DNA from: a virus
Reading direction: 5' to 3' (one strand)
Length of the DNA stretch: 64,000 nt
IMG/VR virus record: IMGVR_UViG_3300042504_002519
Coordinates: 13,535 to 77,534 of that record
Shown: positions 47,719 through 57,922 of the stretch, piece by piece
How positions within the stretch are numbered: position 1 is the first letter of the stretch
Layout: every line of letters begins with the position of its first letter
The notes under the pieces: model-generated
Seen by the model: the letters and a program-made list of their open reading frames with translations, nothing else
Told to the model about the DNA's origin: nothing
The model's database searches: none
Translations under genes and position numbers: made by a program

Positions 47719-48167
47719 CAGCCACGGCTCCAGTCATTGGCCCGACCAGCCAGGGTAAGCATGGATACGTCCTGGCTTTTCTTATCCGACTCGATCAAGG
47801 TGAACCGGGTCGGCATGAAGCCATAGACAATAAAGGGAGCGCCAATGCTAACTGGATCTGGGGCGTACTCAACCGGCTGGATGGTCAGCGTATAGCCACG
47901 GGCATTAACGTCGTTGCCGCGCCGTAGCCTAAAATTTTTCCACAGGGTAATGATTTCGTCATCCGTCTCGGGCTCATAGGCCTTGGTCAGCCCGATCTCG
48001 GCAATAGAGCGGGGCCCTAGGAGCGGGTAGATGCGATTGCTGAAACCATCGGAATATTCCGAAGTCTGGGTACTGTCATCAATACCCGAAAATGTCTCAA
48101 AATAACAGGTCAAGTCCTGCATTGTTACCAAGAACTGGTTCTTGGCAATAGGATTAATTCGTGGCAT
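47718..48167 (-). CDS. Tail tube protein
   Basis: 149 aa after the sheath gene; F..FSG...I.LTK. Confidence 0.75.
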   Translation of the reverse strand: MPRINPIAKNQFLVTMQDLTCYFETFSGIDDSTQTSEYSDGFSNRIYPLLGPRSIAEIGLTKAYEPETDDEIITLWKNFRLRRGNDVNARGYTLTIQPVEYAPDPVSIGAPFIVYGFMPTRFTLIESDKKSQDVSMLTLAGRANDWSRG

Positions 48168-48206
48168 GGCAGTACGTCAGGGTTACTGCTCTTAGTGTGC
48201 CCAGGC

Positions 48207-49700
48207 CTAGCTAGTCCGTTCTACGACCTGATCAATCGCCACCCGAATGACGCCAACGAAGATGCGCTCAGCGGTCGGGCTAGGGGCCACATAGCTATCA
48301 ATGCGGATGATGCCATCCTCCAGGTCCAGGGCTGGGTTATTGGTCCGGTCGCAAATGTTTAGAAAGGCATCAGCAGGCGTTGCGCCAAAGAAAGCACCGC
48401 CACTCCAGAACCGATAGGCCACCAGGTCAGCGGTCTCTTTGATGCGGTTGAACAATACGCCCTGGCCGTCGATCACCGAGAATAGGATCTTGCCATTGGT
48501 CAGCGCTGTGTATAGCGTCCGGGCATAGACATTGAGGATGACCCGGGTATTGATAAACCGATAGTAGGGGCTAACGCTACGGGTTCTAGCCCCATAGACA
48601 ACGATGCCAAGGCCCTTCAGGTTTTTCACCACATTGATCTGGTTGGCATTGAGGTCAGCGTGTTCGCTACGGCTTAGTTTGACCAGCACATCCGCCACCC
48701 CCCGCAGGGGGAACTGGGGGCCTGCTGGAGGTTGGTTGAAGCCTTGGCTAGCATAACGGCGCAGGGCAACGGTAGCAGCAGCCAGGGCAGGGCTGATGTC
48801 GTCATTGTCGGTATCCTTTAGCCAAGGGCAATAGTAGGCTAGATGGCCCCGGTCGCTGGCATAGAGCATCCCTTCGGTCTTAAATTCAGCCTTGGTATCA
48901 TTGCTGCTGGGCGGGCCACTATCAGCAAGGGCCATCCAGTCATAGTTTTCGCTGGCCGCTTTGGCCTCTAAGGTATTGGCGATCTGGGTGCGCTCAAACT
49001 GTCGGGTGAGGCTATAGAATGCCTCCGGGCATACCAGGAAGCCTTGCTCATCATCTTCGTCAAAGCTATTTTCGATGGCGTAGATGTAGTCCCAATAGTT
49101 AGCTGTCGCCGGTGCCGCCACAGCCGCCACCGTCAGGTTAGCGGTTGTTGCTACAGCGGTAAAGGCCGTAGCGGTGGGGTTCTTTTGACGAATGTAGAAC
49201 TGGCTATTGGCAAAGACGCTGGCCCCGGCATCGTTGATCTCGTATTCAGCCTCGACGGCGGTATTGATAGCGGTGGTGCCATTGATGGCGGTCACCAGGC
49301 CGGTGATGATGGTGGTCGCGGTCGGGGCGGGGCTAGCGGGGGCGGTGTAGGTAACCGCAGTGCCATTGATGGTGACGGTGAACGCCCCAGCGGTAGTATT
49401 GGTGATGGTGACGGTAGTGACAGGGGCGATGGCCGCCTTGACGTAGTAGAACTGCCCATTGGGCACATTGCGAAAGAAAAAGGCAAGGTTATTTAGGTTG
49501 ACGGCACTCGAGCTGGTAAAGACATTCTCGAAGTCGTCAACACTGATCACCTGGGTGGGAGTATTGGCGGTGCCACCGGTGGCGGTGCCAACATAGTAGA
49601 CCCGGTTGAAGGGGGCGATAGTCGCTGGAATAGGCCCCTCAGCGTTTTCGTAGACGTAGACGCCTGGAGCGGTTTGGGTAGCAGCGTTGAGGGCAACCAT
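48207..49700 (-). CDS. Tail sheath protein
   Basis: APGVYV, YCPWL, PPAG, IN, YGART, P.PTAERI. Confidence 0.9.
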   Translation of the reverse strand: MVALNAATQTAPGVYVYENAEGPIPATIAPFNRVYYVGTATGGTANTPTQVISVDDFENVFTSSSAVNLNNLAFFFRNVPNGQFYYVKAAIAPVTTVTITNTTAGAFTVTINGTAVTYTAPASPAPTATTIITGLVTAINGTTAINTAVEAEYEINDAGASVFANSQFYIRQKNPTATAFTAVATTANLTVAAVAAPATANYWDYIYAIENSFDEDDEQGFLVCPEAFYSLTRQFERTQIANTLEAKAASENYDWMALADSGPPSSNDTKAEFKTEGMLYASDRGHLAYYCPWLKDTDNDDISPALAAATVALRRYASQGFNQPPAGPQFPLRGVADVLVKLSRSEHADLNANQINVVKNLKGLGIVVYGARTRSVSPYYRFINTRVILNVYARTLYTALTNGKILFSVIDGQGVLFNRIKETADLVAYRFWSGGAFFGATPADAFLNICDRTNNPALDLEDGIIRIDSYVAPSPTAERIFVGVIRVAIDQVVERTS

Positions 49701-49748
49701 AGCAGCTTGGGATAGACTGCTTTTAGTGTGCCCAGCCATGGATCCAGG

Positions 49749-50381
49749 CTAGGGAACCGGATAGTCTAGCTCCTGGTCAAGGACGTTATCATCCAGGTCG
49801 CCTGCCTTGGCCCGACGCAGGCCCACCTTGATTTCTTCCAGCGGGAATGGCTGGCCGGGGACCGGTATCGATGGATCCACCAGGCCAACATCGGCCAGGT
49901 GCTGCACGATGTCGGAGTAGACCAGCACTGACAGACTCCAGGTTTGGTTGTAGGTGTAGATACCCTCAGATAGGCCGGTGAAGGACTCTGATACCAGCGC
50001 CATGGGTTCAAAGTTGACGATGCGGTTAAGCCCCTCCAGCTCGCCAGTATAGGCCGGGCTATAGCCACTCAGGGCCAGCCAGCAACGGTCTAGCACCAAG
50101 TAGACGCCGCTATGGGTGGATAGGTTAATAAATTCTGCCTGCAGGCCCCATTCGATGGTCATCCGCTGGCTGAAGTCGCGGCGGATGGAGTCAATGATCT
50201 CGGGTGGGTCAAAGCGCCGTCGTTGCATCGAAAAAAATATCTGGCTGCGATAGGGCGCCAGCTCAAATTCGACCGGGGAGGCCGGAAATGCTTGCACATC
50301 GACGCCAATAGGTTCCATCGCCAGCCGTAGCCGGTGGATGATGCCTGACTCCAGGGTATGCAGCAACGAGGTAAGGGGCAT
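49749..50381 (-). CDS. Tail terminator (Mu gp37-like)
   Basis: Lies between gp36 and sheath; L.GY.P motif. Confidence 0.6.
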   Translation of the reverse strand: MPLTSLLHTLESGIIHRLRLAMEPIGVDVQAFPASPVEFELAPYRSQIFFSMQRRRFDPPEIIDSIRRDFSQRMTIEWGLQAEFINLSTHSGVYLVLDRCWLALSGYSPAYTGELEGLNRIVNFEPMALVSESFTGLSEGIYTYNQTWSLSVLVYSDIVQHLADVGLVDPSIPVPGQPFPLEEIKVGLRRAKAGDLDDNVLDQELDYPVP

Positions 50382-50830
50382 TAGAAGCTTTTCATCCCGT
50401 CATAGGTAAAGACCCGACCGGTGCCGTTGACCACAAAGGGTCGGTTGCCACGGCCCTCGGTCATTGTCACCTCGTCAGTCACCGTCAGGCCCAGGCTAAC
50501 TTTGCCCGCAGCAGCCTCCCTTAGCCACTTGAGTGCATCTTCATAGCGCAGCCGATAGTCTTCAGGGGGGCGGTTCTTGGTGAGGGTATAACGGGCAATG
50601 TCGAGGCAGATGCGCTTTAGCCGCCTAGGTGGATCGTCCCGCAGGCCAGCGACGTTGTAGCGTTCCTGCAGGTAGCTATCGATCTCATCCGACGCATCCT
50701 CCAGCGCTTCGGTCATCCGGTCATTGTCTGGGTTATTGACGGTGGGCGCGTCAATGTTGGCGGTACGCCGGGCCTCGACGGTGCCAAAAGCCTCGATAAA
50801 GTCATCGACAGTGGCATAGGGATCAGCCAT
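50381..50830 (-). CDS. Head-tail adaptor (Mu gp36/DUF1320)
   Basis: YAT..D...DAS.EIDSYL..RY...DIARY.L...RYEDA..WL. Confidence 0.9.
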   Translation of the reverse strand: MADPYATVDDFIEAFGTVEARRTANIDAPTVNNPDNDRMTEALEDASDEIDSYLQERYNVAGLRDDPPRRLKRICLDIARYTLTKNRPPEDYRLRYEDALKWLREAAAGKVSLGLTVTDEVTMTEGRGNRPFVVNGTGRVFTYDGMKSF

Positions 50831-51453
50831 CGCTAGGTTCCTCCGGCTGGCTAGGCTGCTCTGACTTGTCCAGGTGGATCGCTAGCTGCTTAGCTAGGCT
50901 ATCACTGAGGCTGATCGTATCCCCAGACTGGTATAGCTGGCCATCGTGCAGGATGGATCCATGGGTGACGGTATATTTTTTCATAGCAACTGGCCTAGTG
51001 GGTAGCTATCCTGAGTGTGCCCTAGTGATACAACTCCATCAGGCCACGGACAGCCACCACGACCCAGGCGGCGCTTATCACCGAGGCCCAGGCGGTGGAT
51101 ACCCACGAGCGATGCCGGCGGCGGATAGCGACTCGGGTGGCCCCGGCAAACAGGAGGCAGGCTGTCATGGCAGCCAGGCCCAGGACGATATAGACAATAG
51201 CCATAGCAGATCCCCAATGTTTTGTTTAGGGTGCCCAGGCAACAAAAAACCCCGGACTGGCCGGGGTGGGGGTGGGTGGAGTCGGGCTACTCCGCTTCGG
51301 CCAGTAGCTGGTCCCGCATCTGGGTCAGCCGTAAGATCATGGCATCCTGGTCAAAGTCCTGGCCACTTTTCAGCAAGGCTGACATGGCCTCCAGCTCGGC
51401 AATCATCTCCTCAGTCATGGGGTCCTCCGGGTAACTGGCCCTAGCCTAGCAGA

Positions 51454-51912
51454 TCAGACCCTGGCCGCCCAGTGCCTAGCTAGCAGGTCGTCTGCGGTCC
51501 TGGCTAGGCTGATCCGGGCACCGTCGTTGATGCACTCAGAGATAGCGCCAATGTGGTGGATCGCCATCTTCGAGTAGTACTTCAGCGCCCCAGTCAGACA
51601 GGACATCCACAGCGGTAGCTTCTCCCAAGTGGGATGCTGCGAGTGATAGAACTGACTAAACCCGCTGATCGGTTGCTGCAACGATTCCCGGCACTGGGCT
51701 AGGCTACTGCCTTGCTGGCTGGCCAGAACCACCAGGGCCTCCATGCAGGCCACATACCGGCTAGCCATGGTATCAACAGGCTCACCGCTGACTAGGCCAT
51801 CGTTCACCAGCTGGATGGCGCGTTGCAAGTCGCCCAGTGGATCAGCACTGGCTGGCCGGATAGCTAGGATGGCAGGCTCTAGGTCAGCAAGGCGGGCAAG
51901 GGTCTTAGTCAT
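51454..51912 (-). CDS. Hypothetical protein
   Basis: 152-aa ORF. Confidence 0.5.
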   Translation of the reverse strand: MTKTLARLADLEPAILAIRPASADPLGDLQRAIQLVNDGLVSGEPVDTMASRYVACMEALVVLASQQGSSLAQCRESLQQPISGFSQFYHSQHPTWEKLPLWMSCLTGALKYYSKMAIHHIGAISECINDGARISLARTADDLLARHWAARV

Positions 51913-51996
51913 GGGTGGATCCGGTAAACGTCCCCACTAGCCTAGCAGAAACCCGAACAAAAGCCTATGGCCGGAAGGAAAAAGCCTAAAGCAGGG

Positions 51997-52025
51997 TTGA
52001 CAGCTCGATATGCAGGGGGTATATT
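51997..52025 (+). promoter_or_regulatory. Sigma70 promoter
   Basis: TTGACA-N17-TATATT. Confidence 0.75.
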
Positions 52026-52058
52026 GAAGGTATCGAACCACTTACCGAGGACCGACCC

Positions 52059-52253
52059 ATGCCCAAGTTCATTTCCATCCAAGACGGCGCTTACCTGCTC
52101 AACCTGTCCCACATTGTTAGCATCGAGGTGAACATAGACGATAACGGTGTTATTACCGACTATGAAGTATTTACCAATGACGGCAATAACAGCTACAGCG
52201 TAGACGACCCCGGCGAGATGGCCAAGCTGATGGCCCTGATCGAGGTAGCCTAG
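52059..52253 (+). CDS. 64-aa acidic moron-like protein
   Basis: Own promoter, CCACTTAC leader, GAGG RBS, terminator near 52274-52298. Confidence 0.6.
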   Translation: MPKFISIQDGAYLLNLSHIVSIEVNIDDNGVITDYEVFTNDGNNSYSVDDPGEMAKLMALIEVA

Positions 52254-52498
52254 CCCACCCACCACCACCCGCAGACCCCCGGCCTAGCTGGGGGTTTTGC
52301 TTTGGGCCAGCCCTGGCCAGCCACGACAAAGCCCGCCAGGTGGCCAGCGGGCTGGGATGGGGGAGTGGTGCATAAAAAAGACGGCCTAACGACCGTCCGT
52401 TTTCTAAAAGCGAAATTACTACCAAAGCCCGGGCACCACCCCAGACCAAGAACCAACATGCTAACACCGGCTGCAGAATGTGTCAACAGGCTAGCGGC

Positions 52499-54130
52499 TT
52501 ATAGTTGGGTGTCAAGCGAAAGACCCGGCTGATAGGGCTGGGAGCGTTCTTCCATGTTTATCTGATGCTGCCATGCCCCATGGAAGTCCTTAAACATTTG
52601 CATTTCGTCAGCCGCAAACTTATCAGGCCCTTTGCTGTGCTTCCTTCGATGGGTCTCTTTGCTGAGAAGTGCGCAATTCCTGATTGTCCCGTCTGACCTA
52701 TCTTTAAGCTCTAAATTAAAATGGTCAAATTCACAATCCTTGGTTGAATGGCCAGTCCTAGGGTCTACTATCAAAACACCATTAAAAATATCCCTGCCAT
52801 CTGGGTGTATCTTAAGGAAGATACGCGCAGCTTCACGTTTGACTGAGTCCCGAAAAGGCTCACGTTCAGCATTTAGCTTGTTAAACACGGTATTCATTTG
52901 ATGCCCGACGGTAACAAGCGTTTCCCTGACCTCCCCGACACCCTCCTCTGTCCTAGCAGCAGATGGCAGGACAACCTTTAGCAACACGTTATGGTACTCC
53001 TCCTGTTTTTTAGCGTTTTCTCTCTGCATCTCACAAAGTTCTTCAAACTTTTCATCAACATATTCTCTATATGCAGCAAAGCTAATGTCGCTGTTTGTCA
53101 GGCCAGCGAATCGCTGATCACGGGCCATCCTGGCAGCGTCTTCAGCCACATGCTCTACTGCTGCGGGGGTGGCCTCCTTAGACATCATGTCTTCCTGATT
53201 AAGGGCCTTGGCCTCTGGAGTCTGCGACTGCCTAGCCAGCCATATCACGCCAGCGGGGCTAATTAAGATGAAATGTGGAGACCGCTCGGGTGCGGCTTTT
53301 TCGTTTATCCCCTCTAACCCCCCTTCACTACCGAACTCTGAGTTCGGTAGTGAAGGGGGGTTAAGATGGTTAGGAGGGTAGCATTGTTTGTAGGCGCTCA
53401 GCCTGTCTCCCGTCAGCTTCTCTGACAAAACCGACTGCTCAAGGGGAAATTGCTGTAAATGTTTTTGAATGTTCCTTTCTTCCATGCCCAGGAAAGCTGC
53501 CACCTGCCTGACAGTGAGCCACTGCCGATCTTCAAAGTCAACCCATTCAAATCGGCAATACATTTTGCCAGCAAGGCTTTCGCAATTTCGCTTAAATTCT
53601 CGCTGATCAGGATTTTTGAACCGCTCCAAAAACAAACGGTCCTGCCGGTTAAGTGCAGCTTCTCTGGTTAGATCAGATAAATCACCTGCTCTCGGCGCTA
53701 ACGCACCAGGACTCGGTTCGACTAGCTCAGCATCAATAACTTCAACAGGCACAATCAAGCTGCGTTTTGGCGGTGGATCTCCAGGATGCACAGCATAAAC
53801 ATAGGTAACAGGTCTGCCAATCTTTAGCTTTACAGACTCTTCCCTTATTTTTCCGTTGTCCAAAAGATATTGCCTACGCGACTTGTAGTAAGGTCGCAGA
53901 TATTTCGTATTGCGGACCTTATCTCGCAAGTCATTTAAGGCAATGCCATTAGCAGCTAAACTTAGGATCTTTTCGTCAACAACAGCGTAGACCTCTTCTA
54001 GCGTTCTTTCGACAGGCCCGCTTTTAACCGCTGGCGTCTCCACGGAAAACGACTGCCCTAGCTCAATCCTAGGTTTGAGCTCATCAAAATCAAACAATCT
54101 GATCTGACTGTCGTCGGGAGTACTACGCAT
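52499..54130 (-). CDS. ORF6N/antirepressor-like domain, coiled coil and C-terminal HNH-like nuclease
   Basis: LTVRQVAAFLG...I...GVIWLA; EFDH...NCALL...H..KH; AT-richer than flanks. Confidence 0.55.
   Translation of the reverse strand: MRSTPDDSQIRLFDFDELKPRIELGQSFSVETPAVKSGPVERTLEEVYAVVDEKILSLAANGIALNDLRDKVRNTKYLRPYYKSRRQYLLDNGKIREESVKLKIGRPVTYVYAVHPGDPPPKRSLIVPVEVIDAELVEPSPGALAPRAGDLSDLTREAALNRQDRLFLERFKNPDQREFKRNCESLAGKMYCRFEWVDFEDRQWLTVRQVAAFLGMEERNIQKHLQQFPLEQSVLSEKLTGDRLSAYKQCYPPNHLNPPSLPNSEFGSEGGLEGINEKAAPERSPHFILISPAGVIWLARQSQTPEAKALNQEDMMSKEATPAAVEHVAEDAARMARDQRFAGLTNSDISFAAYREYVDEKFEELCEMQRENAKKQEEYHNVLLKVVLPSAARTEEGVGEVRETLVTVGHQMNTVFNKLNAEREPFRDSVKREAARIFLKIHPDGRDIFNGVLIVDPRTGHSTKDCEFDHFNLELKDRSDGTIRNCALLSKETHRRKHSKGPDKFAADEMQMFKDFHGAWQHQINMEERSQPYQPGLSLDTQL
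53315..53363. repeat. Perfect 24-bp inverted repeat with 1-nt spacer inside a CDS
   Basis: TAACCCCCCTTCACTACCGAACTC-T-GAGTTCGGTAGTGAAGGGGGGTTA. Confidence 0.9.
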
Positions 54131-54205
54131 AACCGAGGGGTTTTGTCAACCAGCAAAATTACTCTAGCATATAATTCCCAAGCAATAAGCCATAGGTTTA
54201 CATTC

Positions 54206-54380
54206 GGGTTTTTCCCCCACCCCGTGGGGCCTGTCAAAAGCTACCGATCCACCCCCACCACAGCGGGGCCATCAACCCTGTAAGAGCCACCCCCACCTAG
54301 TGGGGCACAGGAGCTAAACCGATCAACTCCCACCGTAGTGGGCCAAAGAGTCGCATAGATCCACCCCCACACCCGTGGGG
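54206..54380 (-). CRISPR. Array C: 5 hairpin repeats, 37-38-nt period
   Basis: Hairpins at 54215, 54253, 54291, 54328, 54365; handles GTGGATCT, GTTGATCG, GTGGCTCT, GTGGATCG. Confidence 0.65.
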
Positions 54381-54386
54381 CCTGGC

Positions 54387-55734
54387 CTACGCCGCGTCCT
54401 GATGCTCTTCCTCCTCCATTACCACCACCACGGGATCAAGCACCTGCCGGGCCAGGGCCTGCATGGCTGGCGGGGCGTCCGGCTGGGCTAGCACCAGGGC
54501 GGCTAGCTCCTTGGCCGCAGCCTGGGCGGCTTTGGTGCGGGCAATGCCCTTGCGAAAAATGGCTTTCGACTGTGCAGTTAGTTGCATGGTTCCTCCTCAT
54601 CAGTGCATCGCATCAATTCCCAATCAGGGCATCTGGTGTTGGACGGTGGCCCATCGGGGTGAATCGGGCAAGGCCGGAAAGGGTTCTCATAGCCGCCGTA
54701 AAAATGGCAGCAAATGCAAATGACCGGCGGCGGCACCCGTTGCCCAATGGCCGGGATCTCCTCAATCATGGCTACTTCCCTCCCAAGCTAAAGGGCGAGG
54801 TCCGCCGATCTTCAGCCAGTATCCGCAGGCTCAAGGCCAACGATACCCCAGGCTCTGACCTGGGCATCAGCGCGGCCATGGCTTGCAGGTTCTCCGGGCT
54901 GGCTTGCTCTAGCAGGTTGCCATCGGCTACCTCCACCAGCTTGCTTGTTTCTTCGGGGTTGGCGGTGCAATAGGCCGCCAGTTGTCGGGCAAGGTTCATG
55001 GCCGTGGCTCCTGATCAGGGCAGTTGTCATTGGTCGGTGGGCCGTAGGGCCGTACTGCACAGGGCAGGTAAAACCGGCTGCGGACGTTGTGGTACTGGCA
55101 GCCCAGGCAAACGGTTGGCCCCAGGGGTAGGCCCGGCACCGTGGCAGGCATGGCCAGGGCCCTGGCCGACTGGCGGTGGCGTTGCAGGCGACGCAATAGG
55201 CCGATCAAGCGGTTAACTTCATTCATGGAAGCTTCCCCCATGCTGACTTGACCTGATCAGCCAAGAAAGCTCGCTGACCTACTTCGAGCCGTTTCAGGCC
55301 TTTGCAGATCTCCTGCAGCTCCCTGAAGTTGGCCTCAGTAAAAGCCAGGCCATCGACCACCCGTTCAAAGGTGTTGACCTCAAGCTGCTTCTCAAGCGAC
55401 AACGAATCCATCACACCGCCACCTCCTGCAGGACCTGGCTAGGCCAGTAGGCTGGCACATAACCAGCTTGGGACTCGAACACCAGCCGCCCGGTATAGGG
55501 CAGTTCGTAAAACACCGTGTACTCCTGCAGCGGCCAGGGCCAGGGCTTGCCGGGGGGCACCAGCATATCGCCCCACTTGCGCCACAGCCAGACAGCGGCA
55601 GCAGCAGCCGGATCAGGCTCTTCGCTGAAGTCGGGGATCGTGCATTCAAAGGTTTCAGACATTCCAGGCTGGGTGGCAACTTGCACCCGCACGGGTAGGT
55701 AGGGTAGTGGCATGGTTAATCTCCACAAAAACAA
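54387..55734 (-). other. Run of six small coupled ORFs, two of them paralogous Cys/His (DUF6464-like) proteins
   Basis: CxxC...PC.(I/V).P.GPP...CPD in 54578-54769 and 54996-55241. Confidence 0.55.
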
Positions 55735-56564
55735 GATTGTCGATTGTCGTCAAAAACGTCTAACACTGGCTGGCGCAGGATTTCGGCCAATGGACGGGTG
55801 CCAAAACTAGCCCCAACCCGCTCTTCCTGTGCTAGCCACCATTGCAAGTTTTCGGGTTCTAACACGGCTTGACGTTGGAGCTGTACCGCTGTGTGGTGGA
55901 AGCAAAAGCGACAGTTGCTAATTTCAGGGAACACCCAGCCTTTGCGGTTCCAAAATTGGCGGATAGTGTTGTGGCTGATCCTGTCGTCGTACAGAGGAAA
56001 CTGGGGCACTCGCCATTCGACGGTGGTATACTGCCAGCGCTTATCAGGCGTTAGCCCACAAGCCACTGGCGCTTTTACCTTGTCGTTGTCGCAGTTCCAG
56101 CCTTCTACCCGGCGGGGTTCATCCCACCTAAAGCCAATATTCATCAGCAGTGGATCGCCGTCCCACCAAAACCGCCATACATGCCAAAAGATCGGCATGA
56201 TCTTTTGCTGAATAGTGCAGAACCGCAACTGCTTATTAGGTAGCATCGGGCCACCTGAACGGTAGTTAGGTAGATCGGTTTGTTGCGAAACAAACCGATC
56301 TAGGCTGTATTCTGCCGCCACCCATTGGATCGGCTTGCCTAGCTCTTGCTCTAGCCTTAGGACATTGGCCAAAGTCTGGTCAGCTTCATGGGTAGCAATA
56401 AAGCCAGGAATCCTAGCCTGAGCCTCCCGCAGCAGGCCAGAATCCTTAGGTGCTGATGGCGCGTGATCAGTCAGGACTACTGCAAAAATGTAGTAGTCCG
56501 TTGGGTAGTGAAACGCCATATAAGCGCTTGTCTTGCCGCCGCTGACTGATGTAACGCTTTTCAT
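55716..56564 (-). CDS. PAPS-reductase/PP-loop family protein
   Basis: SVSGGKTS, RFCT..K, IGFR.DE.RR, NC.FCF, terminal SCFCGD. Confidence 0.75.
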   Translation of the reverse strand: MKSVTSVSGGKTSAYMAFHYPTDYYIFAVVLTDHAPSAPKDSGLLREAQARIPGFIATHEADQTLANVLRLEQELGKPIQWVAAEYSLDRFVSQQTDLPNYRSGGPMLPNKQLRFCTIQQKIMPIFWHVWRFWWDGDPLLMNIGFRWDEPRRVEGWNCDNDKVKAPVACGLTPDKRWQYTTVEWRVPQFPLYDDRISHNTIRQFWNRKGWVFPEISNCRFCFHHTAVQLQRQAVLEPENLQWWLAQEERVGASFGTRPLAEILRQPVLDVFDDNRQSCFCGD

Positions 56565-57922
56565 CAGTACTCCTCAAAGGTTGCATCGGAAAACCGCTGG
56601 TATTGCGGTTCGAAAAGAAGCTTCACGGTGCCGGTCGGGCCATTGCGGTTCTTGGTGACAATCACCTCGGCAATGCCCTTGTCTACGGACTCCGGGTCGT
56701 AGTACTCATCCCGGTACAGCATCATGATCAAGTCAGCGTCCTGCTCAATGGAGCCAGACTCGCGCAAATCGCTCATCAGGGGCCGCTTGTTGGTCCTGGA
56801 CTCGACGCCCCGGCTAAGCTGGCTAAGCACCAGCACCGGGCAGTCCAGCTCCCTGGCCAGCATCTTGAGGCTGCGGGTAAGGTGGCCTAGCTCCATGGCC
56901 CGGTTGCCACTGGCCTGGCCATCGGCCATCAACTGGAGGTAGTCGATCATGACTAGCCCCAGTGCACCATGGCGACGCTTTTGGCGGCGGCACTGACTGC
57001 GGATGTAGCTAAAGCTAGGCAAAGGGTTGTCGTCAATCCAAATCGGCCGATCCGCCAGGTTGGCAACGGTGCCAGCCAGGGTGGCCATTTGCTGAGCTGT
57101 AACCAATCCCTTTTTCATCAGGCCTGTTTCAATGCTTGCCTCTGCCGAGAATAACCTGTATCCAAGCTGCTGTCTACCCATCTCTAGCGAAAAGACGCAG
57201 GCTGTTAGTTGGGTTTTAACAGCCAAAAAATTAGCCAGGTTGAGGCTGAAGGCGGTCTTACCCATTGCAGGGCGGCCAGCGGCAATGATCAAGTCCCCGG
57301 GCATGAGCCCACCGTTTAGCATGACGTCCAACTGGGAGAAGCCGGTTTGATAGCCTGGCAGTTCCCGGCTCTCTAGCCTGGCCTCGACTTCGGTGTACAC
57401 CTCGGCAGCGACTTCGGCCATGGGCACCAGGCCACCGGTGGACTCCTGCAGCATCAGAGCCGATAGCTCAGCTTCTGCCCGCTCTAGCAAGGCATCCAGC
57501 GGCACTTTCTCGTGCTGTAGCTGCACCATCAGCTGGCCCAGCTTGCCTAGCCGACGCCGGGTCCAGGTTTCCATGACCTGCTGGCAGTGCAGATCGACTG
57601 CCGCACCACTGACGACGCTATCCAGGAAGCTGGCCAGGCCTGCCCGGCCACCGACCCTCTCCAACTGCTTGGCATCCAGCGCCATGGCCACCTGCAGCAT
57701 ATCGCAGGGGATGCCCCGGGCTAGCAGGCTAAGGCAGGTTTCGTACAACAGGCGGTGGGAGTCCAGGTAAAAGGCTTTAGGCGATAGCAGGTCCGAGACC
57801 TCTTCCAGCAGGTCCGGCTGGTAGAGCAAGGCACCCAGGATGGCGCGCTCTGCCTCGATGGCCTGGGGCGGCAATAGGCCATCCTCGCCCACAGGCACGG
57901 GTACTTTGACTTGAGCAATCAT
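56564..57922 (-). CDS. dnaB: Replicative DNA helicase
   Basis: GRPAMGKT, FSLEM, IDYLQL, LSQLSR, SDLRESGSIEQDAD, KNRNG. Confidence 0.97.
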   Translation of the reverse strand: MIAQVKVPVPVGEDGLLPPQAIEAERAILGALLYQPDLLEEVSDLLSPKAFYLDSHRLLYETCLSLLARGIPCDMLQVAMALDAKQLERVGGRAGLASFLDSVVSGAAVDLHCQQVMETWTRRRLGKLGQLMVQLQHEKVPLDALLERAEAELSALMLQESTGGLVPMAEVAAEVYTEVEARLESRELPGYQTGFSQLDVMLNGGLMPGDLIIAAGRPAMGKTAFSLNLANFLAVKTQLTACVFSLEMGRQQLGYRLFSAEASIETGLMKKGLVTAQQMATLAGTVANLADRPIWIDDNPLPSFSYIRSQCRRQKRRHGALGLVMIDYLQLMADGQASGNRAMELGHLTRSLKMLARELDCPVLVLSQLSRGVESRTNKRPLMSDLRESGSIEQDADLIMMLYRDEYYDPESVDKGIAEVIVTKNRNGPTGTVKLLFEPQYQRFSDATFEEY

